Below, one piece after another: positions 1 through 9,543 of a stretch of 64,000 nucleotides of DNA; the stretch's first letter is position 1, and the number at the start of each line of letters is the position of its first letter. Made by a program: the position numbers and the translations under genes. The stretch is from assembly GCA_963816145.1 (NCBI GenBank), contig CAWFJP010000016.1:50780-114779 (forward strand), given 5' to 3'. The notes beneath the pieces are model-generated. The model had not been told where the DNA came from. It ran no database searches and saw only the letters and a program-made list of their open reading frames with translations. Source of the stretch: an uncultured delta proteobacterium (GTDB lineage: Bacteria; Desulfobacterota; Binatia; UBA9968).

Positions 1-813
1 GTGTTGAAGGAAAAAATCGGCGTAATTGGCGCAGGAAAGATCGGCGCGGCAATCATGCGTGGTATCGTCCGGTCCGGCTTGGCCGGCAAAGACCAAGTGA
101 TGGCTAGCGATGTCAGCGAGCAACTGCGCGATGCCGTCGTGAAAGAACTCGCCATCAATGCCACGCCTGACAATGGCGTGCTCTGCAATTTCGCCGACAT
201 TGTCATCCTTGCGGTTAAGCCGCAGATCGTCGACCCGGTCGCGAAAGAGATCGCTAAGAAGCTCGGCAGCAAAAAGCTCTTGGTTTCCGTGGCTGCGGGC
301 GTGCCGATTGCGCGTATCGAGGCTAGTTTGGAAGAAGGCGCGCGGGTGGTGCGCGTGATGCCGAACATCGCTTGTGTCGCCGGCGCCGGCGCGGCGGGAT
401 TCGCCGGTGGCTCGAGCACCGCTGCGGACGATCTGGAAAAGGTCGGCGCAATCCTCAACAGCTTTGGCGTCGGTATGCTGGTTGAAGAGAAGTATTTGGA
501 TGCAGTTACCGGGCTCAGTGGCAGCGGTCCGGCTTACGTTTTACTTTTCATGGAAGCGCTGGCTGACGGCGGCGTCCAGGTCGGCTTGGCTCGTGATGTC
601 GCGCTCAAGCTCGCCATGCAGACGGTCTACGGCGCCGCCAAGATGGCGTTGGAAAGCAATAAACATCTGGGCGAACTCAAAGACGAAGTCACTTCACCCG
701 GCGGCACCACCATCGCCGGACTCTACGCCATGGAGCAAAAGGGCTTCCACGGCATTGTCATGGATGCGGTGGTCAGTGCCACAAGAAGGTCGCAGGAGTT
801 GGGAAAAGGTTAG
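1..813 (+). CDS. proC: Pyrroline-5-carboxylate reductase
   Basis: GVIGAGKIG Rossmann motif, LAVKPQ, RVMPN, GLSGSGPAY and VTSPGGTT signature motifs. Confidence 0.96.
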   Translation: MLKEKIGVIGAGKIGAAIMRGIVRSGLAGKDQVMASDVSEQLRDAVVKELAINATPDNGVLCNFADIVILAVKPQIVDPVAKEIAKKLGSKKLLVSVAAGVPIARIEASLEEGARVVRVMPNIACVAGAGAAGFAGGSSTAADDLEKVGAILNSFGVGMLVEEKYLDAVTGLSGSGPAYVLLFMEALADGGVQVGLARDVALKLAMQTVYGAAKMALESNKHLGELKDEVTSPGGTTIAGLYAMEQKGFHGIVMDAVVSATRRSQELGKG

Positions 814-903
814 GAGTTAAAAAGGCAAAAGGAAAAAGGCAAAACTTAGGTTTGGCCGTTCCGCCCATTGGTGGATAATCGATCTTTTTTTGATGGTTTT
901 TCT

Positions 904-1455
904 TTAGCGATCCTTCCAGCGTTCGACATCGCGCTTGTCGACGTAGCCCGGCTTGCCGCCTTTAATCGATTCGACTCTCAACCAATCGCCCTCGGAGCGG
1001 ATGACATTGACTTTGATGTCCGCTGGGAGCCGGGTTACGACCTGTGAATTGGCACTGGGTGTTTCACGCAGGTCGATCTCGCGCAACGTGCGATAGGCGC
1101 CGGCGACCGAGGCGTATGGGGGGGTGGCTGCGGGAGCGGCGGCTGGCGCTGTCGCCGAGGCGGCTGCGGGGCGGGCGAACTGCTCGTCGACATAGCCCGG
1201 TTTGCCGCCATGTTTCGACTCGACTTTTAGCCAGTACCCTTCTTTGCCAACTACGTTGATCTGAATCCCCTTGGGCAGCGTGGTAACAACCTTGTGAAAG
1301 TTTCCTGGGCCTTCGCGCAGCGGCACGTCTGCCGTGGTTTCATAGGTGCCTTTGATTTGCTGCGCATTAGCCTGGGGGCAAATCATCATTCCGCTCAGCG
1401 CAGCGACAAGAGCAATTAAGGCAGTACCGACGCGGCCGCCAAATCTGATAGTCAT
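904..1455 (-). CDS. Secreted protein with two bacterial SH3 (SH3b) domains
   Basis: Signal peptide (MTIRFGG...ANAQQ), then two similar units (LREGPG...WLKVES..GGKPGYVD and LRETPS...WLRVES..GGKPGYVD) joined by an Ala/Pro linker; start moved to ATG 1455. Confidence 0.8.
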   Translation of the reverse strand: MTIRFGGRVGTALIALVAALSGMMICPQANAQQIKGTYETTADVPLREGPGNFHKVVTTLPKGIQINVVGKEGYWLKVESKHGGKPGYVDEQFARPAAASATAPAAAPAATPPYASVAGAYRTLREIDLRETPSANSQVVTRLPADIKVNVIRSEGDWLRVESIKGGKPGYVDKRDVERWKDR

Positions 1456-1498
1456 AGCCACCCTTCGAATTCCCTTAGACTTTCCAAGAGCCGATACG

Positions 1499-2077
1499 TT
1501 ACTTTTTCTTCCAGTTGCGCTCGCCGTCCTGGATCCACCAGCCCGGGCGGGCTTGATCGAGCCAGCTTCTGGCGAAAATACTTTTGATCTTTGGGACGTT
1601 ATCAGCGGGAATATTGTTCGCCTTGGCGATCTCGACGTAGAGATTCTCGCGATCGCGGTTCTCGGCATCGACCAATTGTTTAATTTCAGCCCGTTCTTTT
1701 AAATTAAGCCCATCGGTGTTGCGGATCGCCAGCAGGCCGTCCGCGGCGATGCCTATGTTGCCGCGATCCATGAACGGTTTGATCGCTTCGCTGCGCGCCT
1801 TGATCGAGTCTTTGATCGCGCGGATCGCCGGATTGGACACGTTAATGTCGGCTTCTTGGGCGTGGGCTTCGCTGACAAGACTCAGGCTTACCAACTGCCA
1901 AGGCGAAAATCGATTGTGACCTTGCGGTGCCGGCGGCGCTGATTTTGACGGTTCGCCCCAAGTTTCTTTGACGATCTGATCGGCGGCGCGCTCGACCGCG
2001 GCGGCGGGAAAGTAAATGTTTACCGTCACGCAAGCGCTGACGAAAAAGGCTAGGACAAAAGTGGTGCGTTTTAGCAT
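1499..2077 (-). CDS. YdbL (DUF1318) family lipoprotein with YnbE-like N-terminus
   Basis: Lipobox VSAC then VTVNIYFPAAAVERAAD; C-terminal ENRDRENLYVEIAKAN...PGWWIQD typical of YdbL; directly downstream of the ydbH-like gene. Confidence 0.75.
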   Translation of the reverse strand: MLKRTTFVLAFFVSACVTVNIYFPAAAVERAADQIVKETWGEPSKSAPPAPQGHNRFSPWQLVSLSLVSEAHAQEADINVSNPAIRAIKDSIKARSEAIKPFMDRGNIGIAADGLLAIRNTDGLNLKERAEIKQLVDAENRDRENLYVEIAKANNIPADNVPKIKSIFARSWLDQARPGWWIQDGERNWKKK

Positions 2078-2089
2078 GATTCCTCCAGG

Positions 2090-4993
2090 TTATTTGATTG
2101 CGGGCTTGTCGGTACTGATCCGTTGCAAGCGGCGCAGAAGTTCCGAGAAGGCGATTTCTTGAGTGTGGCTGACGATGTTCACCGTCGGCGGCAAAAAGCT
2201 GCCCACGACAAGCAATTCCTTGTCGCCTTGGGACTCCACTCCGCGTAGGGTTAGACGATCATTTCTCAAAGTTGCTTTGAATCCCAGCTTGCTGTAGCGA
2301 AAACTATCGAAGAAGCCGGCGAGTCCGCCGTACAATGCTCCGGCGTCCTGGCCGGAGCTGAGCACCGTTATCTTATTCAACGCGTCGACGCTGATGCGTT
2401 GATCAATTCCGCTGCGCTCCACCGAATGCAAGTCGGCGCGCAATTGCGCCGGCTGGCCGTCGGTGATGACAAGATCGTCGATACTCCCTTCCAAAATGCC
2501 TGAGATTCGGCCGAATGCAAAGGTTTTGGACAGTTGTTCGAGTTGGATCGATTCCAGCTTGGCGCTCATCTTGATCGATGCCAGAGCGGAAAATGGATTC
2601 TCAATCTCCAGTTTGCTGAGACGCAGCCGTCCGCCAAATAGTTCTGCCTGGATCTCGCCGTGGGTGCGTAGAATGTTGCCGGTGGACTCGACTTCGGGGA
2701 TGGCGCCGTTCAATTGGCCGCTAAAGCGCGGCCAATTGAACGCCTCGGTCAGATCTTGCAGCTGCAACCGCTTGGTGTCGGCGGAAAACGTTAAGGCCTT
2801 GGGATTGCGGATGACATCGGGCCAGGCGAGGTCACGCAGCTCGATCTCGCCGCCAAATAGAGAGAGACGCAGCGGCTGATGCAGTCGCAGAGCGTTGTTG
2901 GTCAGCGAAACGGTCGTTGTCATCGGCGCGAGGTGTTGATTGCCAAAACGCGCGCGTTCGATGGACAGCGAGCCGAGCGCGGCTGGGGCCGCGTTCCGAC
3001 CGAGGCGATCGTCGAGGCTGATGTGAAACGGCAACTCTAGGTTGATGGCGCCGATCTGCCAATCATTGGATTTCGCGGCGATCGCGCCATTTTTTACCGC
3101 GAGATTACCGCTCAGAACCAGCTGATCGGGGGCGCCATCGAGCTGCAATTGCATCGCCATCTGGCCGCTCACTGCGAGCTTGTCGAGCAGTGGATACTGC
3201 CGGTTGTAAGTCTCCCGCAGGAAGAAATCGAAAAAACCCGCCGGCGACAGGTTGTCGCTGCGCGCTTGCAGACGGAGCTGCGGCGTTTGAGTGATCTTCT
3301 CGATGCTGCCGGCAAGGTTTACCTGGCCGACGGTGGCGAGGGCGAGGTCGCATCGGCGGCACTGTAGGCGGTCATTGTCGCGCGTGTACTCGGCGTCGAT
3401 CAGCAATGCCGGTTTTTGTGCCTTGAGGTCGCCAAAGAACTTGCCCCACAACAGCTCGCCGCTGGTGACGGTTAGCTTGGCGACCATCACCGTGGCTTGC
3501 CGTTGGGTTTGGGCAGTTATTTCCACGGTGCCATCGAGCTCCAAGCCTTCGGCAACTTTGGTGCTGTCGGCCGAAGCATATTGGCCGCCGGTCAACTTGA
3601 CCTGCGCCGTAACCATGCGCGGCTTATTTGAGTCGTAGCTGATGGCGCCGATTTCAGCCTGCGCGACAGCGCTTTTGAGTTTGTCAGTTCCTTCAAATGA
3701 GAACTTCTTCCCGTCGATCCGGCCGCTTTGAATCACCAGTTGGCCATTGGCCCAGCGAAACGGCGCTCTAAGCGCAAGACTTGCCAGGGCGAAATTCGCA
3801 CCGCGCACTTGGGCATCGTCGCTACGCGCGAGGCCGTCGATTTCCACGGCCTTCCATGGGCCGCGCAGTTTCATTTCCAACTCGCCTTGGCCTTGAAAGG
3901 TCCACTCATTGAGCGGCGTCGGCAGGAGCTTTATCACCGTCTGCCAATCGAGATTGCGCGCGACGATGCGGCCATCGTTGATGCTCGCCACGGGTGTGAA
4001 CGCTAGGTTGGCAATAGCTTCGGCGCTGCCCAGATGCGAGCGCAGAGTCAGCGCCTTGATCGCGACGGATTTATCAGTAACGGAAAATGCGCCGTTTGCC
4101 TTTGCCACCGCCTGACCATCGCTTACTTGCAGCACCACTGGACTGATGCTGTTGGGAAAGCCGTTAAGGCCAAGCTCGCTTGAGAAGCTCCCGGCAGTGA
4201 AATTTTTCTCCAGCGCGGCAGTGGTTTTTAGTTGGCCGGTGATTTTCTTGGCGCCTAATTTGAGCTGGTTGAATTCTAGGTCGACCTCGAGCGTCGGCTC
4301 TTGCCCGGGCGGAATGCGCAGCGCCGCATCGGCTTTCACAATTGGCTGGGCATTCGTGACGACGCTTCGGCCAAGCAGCCCGGCGGTTGTTTTCGCATTC
4401 ACTATTGCGTGCAGCGAGAACTCGCTGTTTCGACGTTCGATCGCGATATCGGCGATACCATCGAGCGGAGGGATTTCCGCGCGCAATGCGACGCCGGTTT
4501 GGCCGCCCAAGTTGATATTTTGCGCCTCGAGATTGATCGCTGGAATTTCGATTCTATTACCATCTTCGGTTGTGATCATCGCCCGGCCGTCGGTTACATT
4601 CAGATTGCGCAGGGAAAGGGTGATTTCGCTCTTAGGTTGGGATTTTAGAAGCTCGGCCAAATCGAGTTCTAATACCGGCTGCTCGACGTCAAGCCGATGG
4701 ATGGTTTTTGAAAAGATATCCAACGGTGTGACGGTAACGCTGAATTTGGCCGCGGACAAAATTCGTTTGCCATCTTTAGCGGCGCTAACGCCGCTAGCAA
4801 CCAGTCGGAGCGGCAGGCTCAACCTCAGGTTGTCCATGCCGATGGCGTACCCCGTACGTTGTGAAAGTTCGGTCTCCAACCACCGGCGAAAGCCGTCGGA
4901 GTTCACGCCGACATAAAGCGCAGTGGCGCCGACGAATAAGCCAGCAGCAAGAACTGAGAATATCATAACGATTCTGCGGGCTGGCCTTGCCAT
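2090..4993 (-). CDS. AsmA-like/YdbH-family intermembrane bridge protein
   Basis: N-terminal TM anchor, ~960 aa beta-rich body, C-terminal LFGG and F.Y.KLGF motifs, adjacent to ydbL-like gene; start taken at MARPARR. Confidence 0.7.
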   Translation of the reverse strand: MARPARRIVMIFSVLAAGLFVGATALYVGVNSDGFRRWLETELSQRTGYAIGMDNLRLSLPLRLVASGVSAAKDGKRILSAAKFSVTVTPLDIFSKTIHRLDVEQPVLELDLAELLKSQPKSEITLSLRNLNVTDGRAMITTEDGNRIEIPAINLEAQNINLGGQTGVALRAEIPPLDGIADIAIERRNSEFSLHAIVNAKTTAGLLGRSVVTNAQPIVKADAALRIPPGQEPTLEVDLEFNQLKLGAKKITGQLKTTAALEKNFTAGSFSSELGLNGFPNSISPVVLQVSDGQAVAKANGAFSVTDKSVAIKALTLRSHLGSAEAIANLAFTPVASINDGRIVARNLDWQTVIKLLPTPLNEWTFQGQGELEMKLRGPWKAVEIDGLARSDDAQVRGANFALASLALRAPFRWANGQLVIQSGRIDGKKFSFEGTDKLKSAVAQAEIGAISYDSNKPRMVTAQVKLTGGQYASADSTKVAEGLELDGTVEITAQTQRQATVMVAKLTVTSGELLWGKFFGDLKAQKPALLIDAEYTRDNDRLQCRRCDLALATVGQVNLAGSIEKITQTPQLRLQARSDNLSPAGFFDFFLRETYNRQYPLLDKLAVSGQMAMQLQLDGAPDQLVLSGNLAVKNGAIAAKSNDWQIGAINLELPFHISLDDRLGRNAAPAALGSLSIERARFGNQHLAPMTTTVSLTNNALRLHQPLRLSLFGGEIELRDLAWPDVIRNPKALTFSADTKRLQLQDLTEAFNWPRFSGQLNGAIPEVESTGNILRTHGEIQAELFGGRLRLSKLEIENPFSALASIKMSAKLESIQLEQLSKTFAFGRISGILEGSIDDLVITDGQPAQLRADLHSVERSGIDQRISVDALNKITVLSSGQDAGALYGGLAGFFDSFRYSKLGFKATLRNDRLTLRGVESQGDKELLVVGSFLPPTVNIVSHTQEIAFSELLRRLQRISTDKPAIK

Positions 4994-5440
4994 GTTTATT
5001 GGTACACTCATCGACGAACCGCGGTTCCCGGCGGCTAAATCTCAGTTCGTCGGGGGATCGCGCTGGGTTCGCATGAGAACGAGCGGCTAGTTTAGATTGT
5101 CCACGACAGAATAGTGTTTTGCAATTTGACGGGAGGTTTTTCTTTGGCATATAAGCGACTTCGTCCGGCAGGCGGTAGGTTTGGATGGTCGATTGTCGGT
5201 TGGTAATTTTAACGCCGGGACGGAGCAACGAAGGGAGAATGGCGCATCGTTGCGGTTCAACTTTTCGAGGAGGCGAGCATGATTCAAGAATTTAAAGATT
5301 TCATTCAAAGAGGGAACGTCGTGGACCTTGCCGTCGGTGTCGTAATCGGCGGCGCCTTCGGCAAGATCGTCGCGTCGTTTGTCGAGGATGTGCTGATGCC
5401 GCCCATCGGCTTGATGCTTGGCGGCGGGGATTTCTCGAAT
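4885..5440. repeat. Copy 1 of duplicated ydbH-5' / divergent promoter / mscL-5' segment
   Basis: 5252-5440 nearly identical to 7728-7916; 5095-5250 similar to 7454-7610; ydbH 5' end similar to 7240-7357. Confidence 0.9.
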
Positions 5441-5446
5441 CGGTAA
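5279..5446 (+). pseudogene. mscL: Truncated mscL copy (55 codons)
   Basis: GGAGG RBS, then [55 protein letters not shown]-stop; matches the N-terminus of the intact gene at 7755. Confidence 0.9.
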
Positions 5447-5556
5447 GGAAAGTCTGGAAGTAAAGGTCTAACTCTATTTCCTGCTATTTTTTGTTTCTTC
5501 GCCCTCTTGACTCCCGACCCTTGTTTTTGCCTCGATTGGAAATCGCCTAGATCTAT

Positions 5557-6441
5557 TCATTTCTTCAATAGAAATCGCCGTTCGGGAGGTGTTCCAGCCC
5601 CGTAACTAATCCGTTCCAAAGGAGGAACTGTAACAGCACTGCAAACTTTGTGAACATGATATATCTCAACGGGTGGTTTCCAGTCCGTTCGTAATTCGCA
5701 ACTAACTTCCACACAACTAATACTTTTAAGCCAGGAGCAAACCTTTACTTCGGAACCATCGGCAGTTGTGATTTCAGTCAGGTAGGGTGAGTTCTCGTAG
5801 TACGGTTTATTCGTTCCACCTTCCGACTTTACATCTTGTAAAAGTGTATAAAAGCTACCTTTCAAATCCAAAAGCTGAAGGACTTTGTCCATAAATGAGG
5901 AAAGTTGGTCAGTGTATGAAAACCCGCCGAGTAAATCGGTGATGACCTGAAATTTTCCTAGAACATCTATCGAATAGTCTCGCATGCGTTTGTTGAAAAA
6001 ATATTGTATTTGATTCGTTTCAAGGCCTGCGGCTGTTGAGTACCATAGGGGTTGCCTACGGTCCTCTACGGAGACCGCGACTGCTCGTGCTTTTGTGCCG
6101 CGTCGCTCCGGGATCTGCGAGTTCCCTAGAACGTCGCTTCGATTGTAATAGTCCAATATAGCTTGGCCTTCTCCTGCTCCAATATCCAGCCATCGGTCGT
6201 TCGGACCAAGTTTTGCCAGCGCGCGACCGAACCCCGGCGGCAGCGCGTCTATATAGTCTGAAAGAGTTCTACTGATGACATAACCCTCAGGTCTTTTTTC
6301 TCCCTCGCTCTTTAAAATCCCTTCTTGTTTTAACATCTCTTCATCAATTTTGGGGCCGCTTATATCTGCGGAACAGGATGTCCCCAACCACAGGGTCTGT
6401 AATAGGAGTAGGACAAACATGCGTATTCCAGGAGTTTTCAT
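5557..6441 (-). CDS. Putative exported/lipoprotein with class I SAM-methyltransferase-like motif
   Basis: Hydrophobic signal ending LGTSC, WLDIGAGEG motif I; AT-richer than flanks; start set at MKTPGIR. Confidence 0.6.
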   Translation of the reverse strand: MKTPGIRMFVLLLLQTLWLGTSCSADISGPKIDEEMLKQEGILKSEGEKRPEGYVISRTLSDYIDALPPGFGRALAKLGPNDRWLDIGAGEGQAILDYYNRSDVLGNSQIPERRGTKARAVAVSVEDRRQPLWYSTAAGLETNQIQYFFNKRMRDYSIDVLGKFQVITDLLGGFSYTDQLSSFMDKVLQLLDLKGSFYTLLQDVKSEGGTNKPYYENSPYLTEITTADGSEVKVCSWLKSISCVEVSCELRTDWKPPVEIYHVHKVCSAVTVPPLERISYGAGTPPERRFLLKK

Positions 6442-6629
6442 TCCAGCCTCTTTTTCCGGATCAACAAGCGGGTGCGCAAGGCGGCGTCCGGGTTTCTTGC
6501 CGCACAGTAAAATAAGTATTAGGTCAGGTAAACGAATGTTGGTCAATAATTGCAAGATGACAAGGCCTATGAGCGAATCGTCGTCAGATGAGCAGTCAAT
6601 TGTCGTTGCGAAAATAGTGGGTTTCTAAC

Positions 6630-7112
6630 TCACTTTTTCTTTGCGCTAAAGAATTTGCCATTCTTAAGAACATCGCCAAAACTTGCCCAAGCATAGTCGA
6701 ATTTTCCGGTAGAGGAAATACGCAATGCGGCCGAAGTCAGTGTTCTCATAAAGGTGACTTGCAACTCCTCGGTGGCCTGCGTGGATCCGGAAGGAAACTG
6801 GGCATCTTCGTGGATTGCGTCCTTAATTGAGACTTCGCCGATGCCACTGCGAACATTTCGATAAAAGTAGTCGCGGTTGCGTGCCGGAGAGACATGCTCG
6901 TCAGCCCCAAGTATCAGCACAGGCTTTTTGATTCGGCTCAAATATCCGGGCAACTCCCTACTGATTGCAGCGGGATCAAGCAAAATGGCGCCCGTGGCGG
7001 GCGCTCCGTCGGCCAGTGCGACGGCCACTAAGGTTTTGCCATTACTAACCCATGGACCTTTATTGGGTAGCTGCAAGGATAGACTATGCATACCCCAGGA
7101 TGCCAAATGCAT
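6630..7112 (-). pseudogene. Alpha/beta-hydrolase C-terminal fragment
   Basis: AILLDPA, PVLILGAD and HEDAQFP motifs; no GxSxG nucleophile elbow or proper N-terminus. Confidence 0.45.
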
Positions 7113-7172
7113 GGCCTGATAGGTATGGTCTTCCTTTTTTTCAGAGATGGGTAGCCCAAATGGATCGGACTT

Positions 7173-7349
7173 TTACGTCACAACAATCGAAAAGAAAAGA
7201 CTAGAAGTGAAAGGGCGACTCCGATCGTGTTCCGATCCGGATCGAAAGCCGTCGGAATTGACCCCAAAATAGAGCGCAACGGCGCCGTTCCCGACGGCAA
7301 CCACGATGATCAACAGTGCTTTGACTATTCTTCGGCCTGGGGCTGTCAT
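7173..7349 (-). pseudogene. Degenerate copy of the 5' end of the ydbH-like gene
   Basis: Translates MTAPGRRIVKALLIIVVAVGNGAVALYFGVNSDGFR..., versus MARPARRIVMIFSVLAAGLFVGATALYVGVNSDGFR at 4993; stops after 58 aa. Confidence 0.8.
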
Positions 7350-7916
7350 GTTTATTGAAAAACTCTTTGACGGATATGGCGCTCGTTAACGTTTACGTCT
7401 CAGCTCACTGACGAGTTGGCGCCAAGTTGCCGCTTAAATCGTTCAGTACGATTGATTGTCCATGACAGAATGGTGTTTTGCAATTTGACAGTAGGTTTTT
7501 CTTTGGCATATAAACGACTTCGTCCTAAGGACGATCGGTTGGATGATCGATTTTCAGTTCGTAATTTCGTGCCGAGATGGAGTAACAAAGGGTCTGAAGG
7601 CGTCTCGTTTACCGGAACGGTGGGCAATTGAGCGCCGGTAATCCCGGCGAAGAACTAGGGGAGAAATTCAACTAAGCGCAAATCGTTGTTTAACGATACT
7701 CCAATTATCGACAAGGCCGCGATCCAAGCGGTTCAACTTTTCGAGGAGGCGAGCATGATTCAAGAATTTAAAGAATTCATTCAGAGAGGGAATGTCGTGG
7801 ACCTTGCCGTCGGTGTCGTAATCGGCGGCGCCTTCGGCAAGATCGTCGCGTCGTTTGTCGAGGATGTGCTGATGCCGCCCATCGGCTTGATGCTTGGCGG
7901 CGGGGATTTCTCGAAT
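7240..7916. repeat. Copy 2 of duplicated ydbH-5' / divergent promoter / mscL-5' segment
   Basis: Direct repeat of 4885-5440 with ~120 extra bases (about 7610-7727) before the mscL RBS. Confidence 0.9.
7485..7514 (+). promoter_or_regulatory. Candidate sigma70 promoter for mscL
   Basis: TTGACA-N18-TATAAA; the duplicate near 5125 reads TTGACG-N18-TATAAG. Confidence 0.5.
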
Positions 7917-8162
7917 TTGTTTATCAATCTATCGGGGAAGGATTTTCCCAGCGTCGCCGCGGCCAAGGCGGCGGGCGCGCCGACTTTGAACTACGGCATC
8001 TTTATCAACAACATCATATTTTTCTTGATCGTCGCGTTTGCGATTTTCATGATGGTCAAAGCGGTTAATAGATTGCAGAAGCCGGCGGCTGCACCACCTC
8101 CGGCGGGTCCGACAAAAGATCAGCAGTTGCTGACGGAGATCCGCGACCTATTGAAGAAGTAA
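7755..8162 (+). CDS. mscL: Large-conductance mechanosensitive channel
   Basis: [33 protein letters not shown] and LLTEIRDLL motifs; GGAGG RBS. Confidence 0.97.
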   Translation: MIQEFKEFIQRGNVVDLAVGVVIGGAFGKIVASFVEDVLMPPIGLMLGGGDFSNLFINLSGKDFPSVAAAKAAGAPTLNYGIFINNIIFFLIVAFAIFMMVKAVNRLQKPAAAPPPAGPTKDQQLLTEIRDLLKK

Positions 8163-8244
8163 CCTTAGTGTCGGTAGTTTCACTCAGTAACCGGTGCACC
8201 TGCTCGTTTTCTAACCCGCGCCACGCCGGTTGCGGCAGTCGATT

Positions 8245-9525
8245 ATGTATACATTGCATCGACCAAAGTTAGGAGTTCTTTGCGCGACGATGGTTGCGCT
8301 TACGCTTTTTGGTGATGCCCAGTTGGGCGCCAACGAAGCGGCCAAAGCCAAAGAAATGCAGCTCGCCGCGCTGGCGTTGCCATCCACGGCCCGGGCTGAC
8401 TGGCAGCAGTGGGATTCATTTTTTACCTTCGCCGTTAAGCGGTTGGCTCAGGAACTGCGCCCAGCGCAGCGGGATCAAATGGCGGAAGTGTTTCTCGATG
8501 CGCGTTATCAACTCACCGAAGTGGTGAATTCCGGGGCATCGGACCCGGTGCCGCGTTTGTTTCTCGATAGCTGGGAGCGCGTTTCGCCAATTCTGAAACA
8601 ATCTTTGACGAGCTTGCCGCCGCAAACTGCCAGTCAATTTACCGGGTTCATCGGTTCGATGGACACGCTCAAGAACCTGGCGAATCTAGGTGGGCAGTTC
8701 GGTTTTTTTCGCATTACGCCTGATGCATTGCGCGGCGCGGCGCGCTTTCTCGGCACCGGCAACGGCGACCCGCTCGCCTACACCCTCGACATCGATAGCG
8801 CCCTGCGGACTTTGCTGGGGTTTACCGAAGAACTTCCGCCGGCCCGGCCATCGTCAGCCATCGAGCACGGCAGGCTGGAGCGGCTACGCGATAAAGCTGC
8901 GGCCAGTCTGCGCAGGTTGTCGGTGCGGTCGGCTCATGCCGCGGAAGATGAATTCGATCGGTTAAACAATTGGGTTCCGGAGAGTCGTGAATTGCCAGAG
9001 TACCTTTTGATTGTGCAAAAACTTTTCAGTGAAACCAGCGACCATGTGCTGGCGAAATCTTCGCTTGGCGCCGAACATCAAAAACTATACCGCCAGACCG
9101 TGCTTGCCACCGGCTGGCAGGAGAGTTGTTGGCGCCAGTTCGTCAAAAAAGGGGACAAGCTGACACCGCTCGCTTCGAGCACCGGCGATGTCGGCTTGAT
9201 GCAGGTCAACCGCACCACTTGGCGCAGCCTCTACGACATCAAGGGACTCTCGGGCGATATGAGTTATAATGGCCACGCCGGTGCCGAGATCCTGTATCAA
9301 TATCTGACTCGATACGCGATTGGTAAGGGGGAGGACAAACAACCCGGCGGCCATCTCGCGAGGGCGACCTATTCGGCTTACAACGCCGGCCCCGGCGGTC
9401 TGGCGCGCTATCGTGGCGTGCGCCAGAGCGCAACTTGGAAAAAGGTCGACGAAGCCTTCTGGGCGAAGTTCAAAGCGGTGAGCGCCGGCCAGGAACTGGC
9501 GATAAAGAGCTGCTACGGCGCTTGA
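8245..9525 (+). CDS. Lytic transglycosylase (SLT domain) with N-terminal helical domain
   Basis: QES, GLMQVN and AYNAGPG SLT motifs; signal peptide. Confidence 0.85.
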   Translation: MYTLHRPKLGVLCATMVALTLFGDAQLGANEAAKAKEMQLAALALPSTARADWQQWDSFFTFAVKRLAQELRPAQRDQMAEVFLDARYQLTEVVNSGASDPVPRLFLDSWERVSPILKQSLTSLPPQTASQFTGFIGSMDTLKNLANLGGQFGFFRITPDALRGAARFLGTGNGDPLAYTLDIDSALRTLLGFTEELPPARPSSAIEHGRLERLRDKAAASLRRLSVRSAHAAEDEFDRLNNWVPESRELPEYLLIVQKLFSETSDHVLAKSSLGAEHQKLYRQTVLATGWQESCWRQFVKKGDKLTPLASSTGDVGLMQVNRTTWRSLYDIKGLSGDMSYNGHAGAEILYQYLTRYAIGKGEDKQPGGHLARATYSAYNAGPGGLARYRGVRQSATWKKVDEAFWAKFKAVSAGQELAIKSCYGA

Positions 9526-9543
9526 CCGGGGCCGGCTCGAAAG

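Noticed and set aside
4146-4916. Long antisense and overlapping ORFs (e.g. 4146-4916, 24540-25262, 35646-36380)
   Set aside because: Shadow ORFs opposite well-supported genes, with no recognisable motifs
5171-5183. GGCGGTAGGTTTG as an RfaH ops site
   Set aside because: Imperfect match, lies in the duplicated mscL leader 16 kb from the antiterminator, and is absent from the second copy
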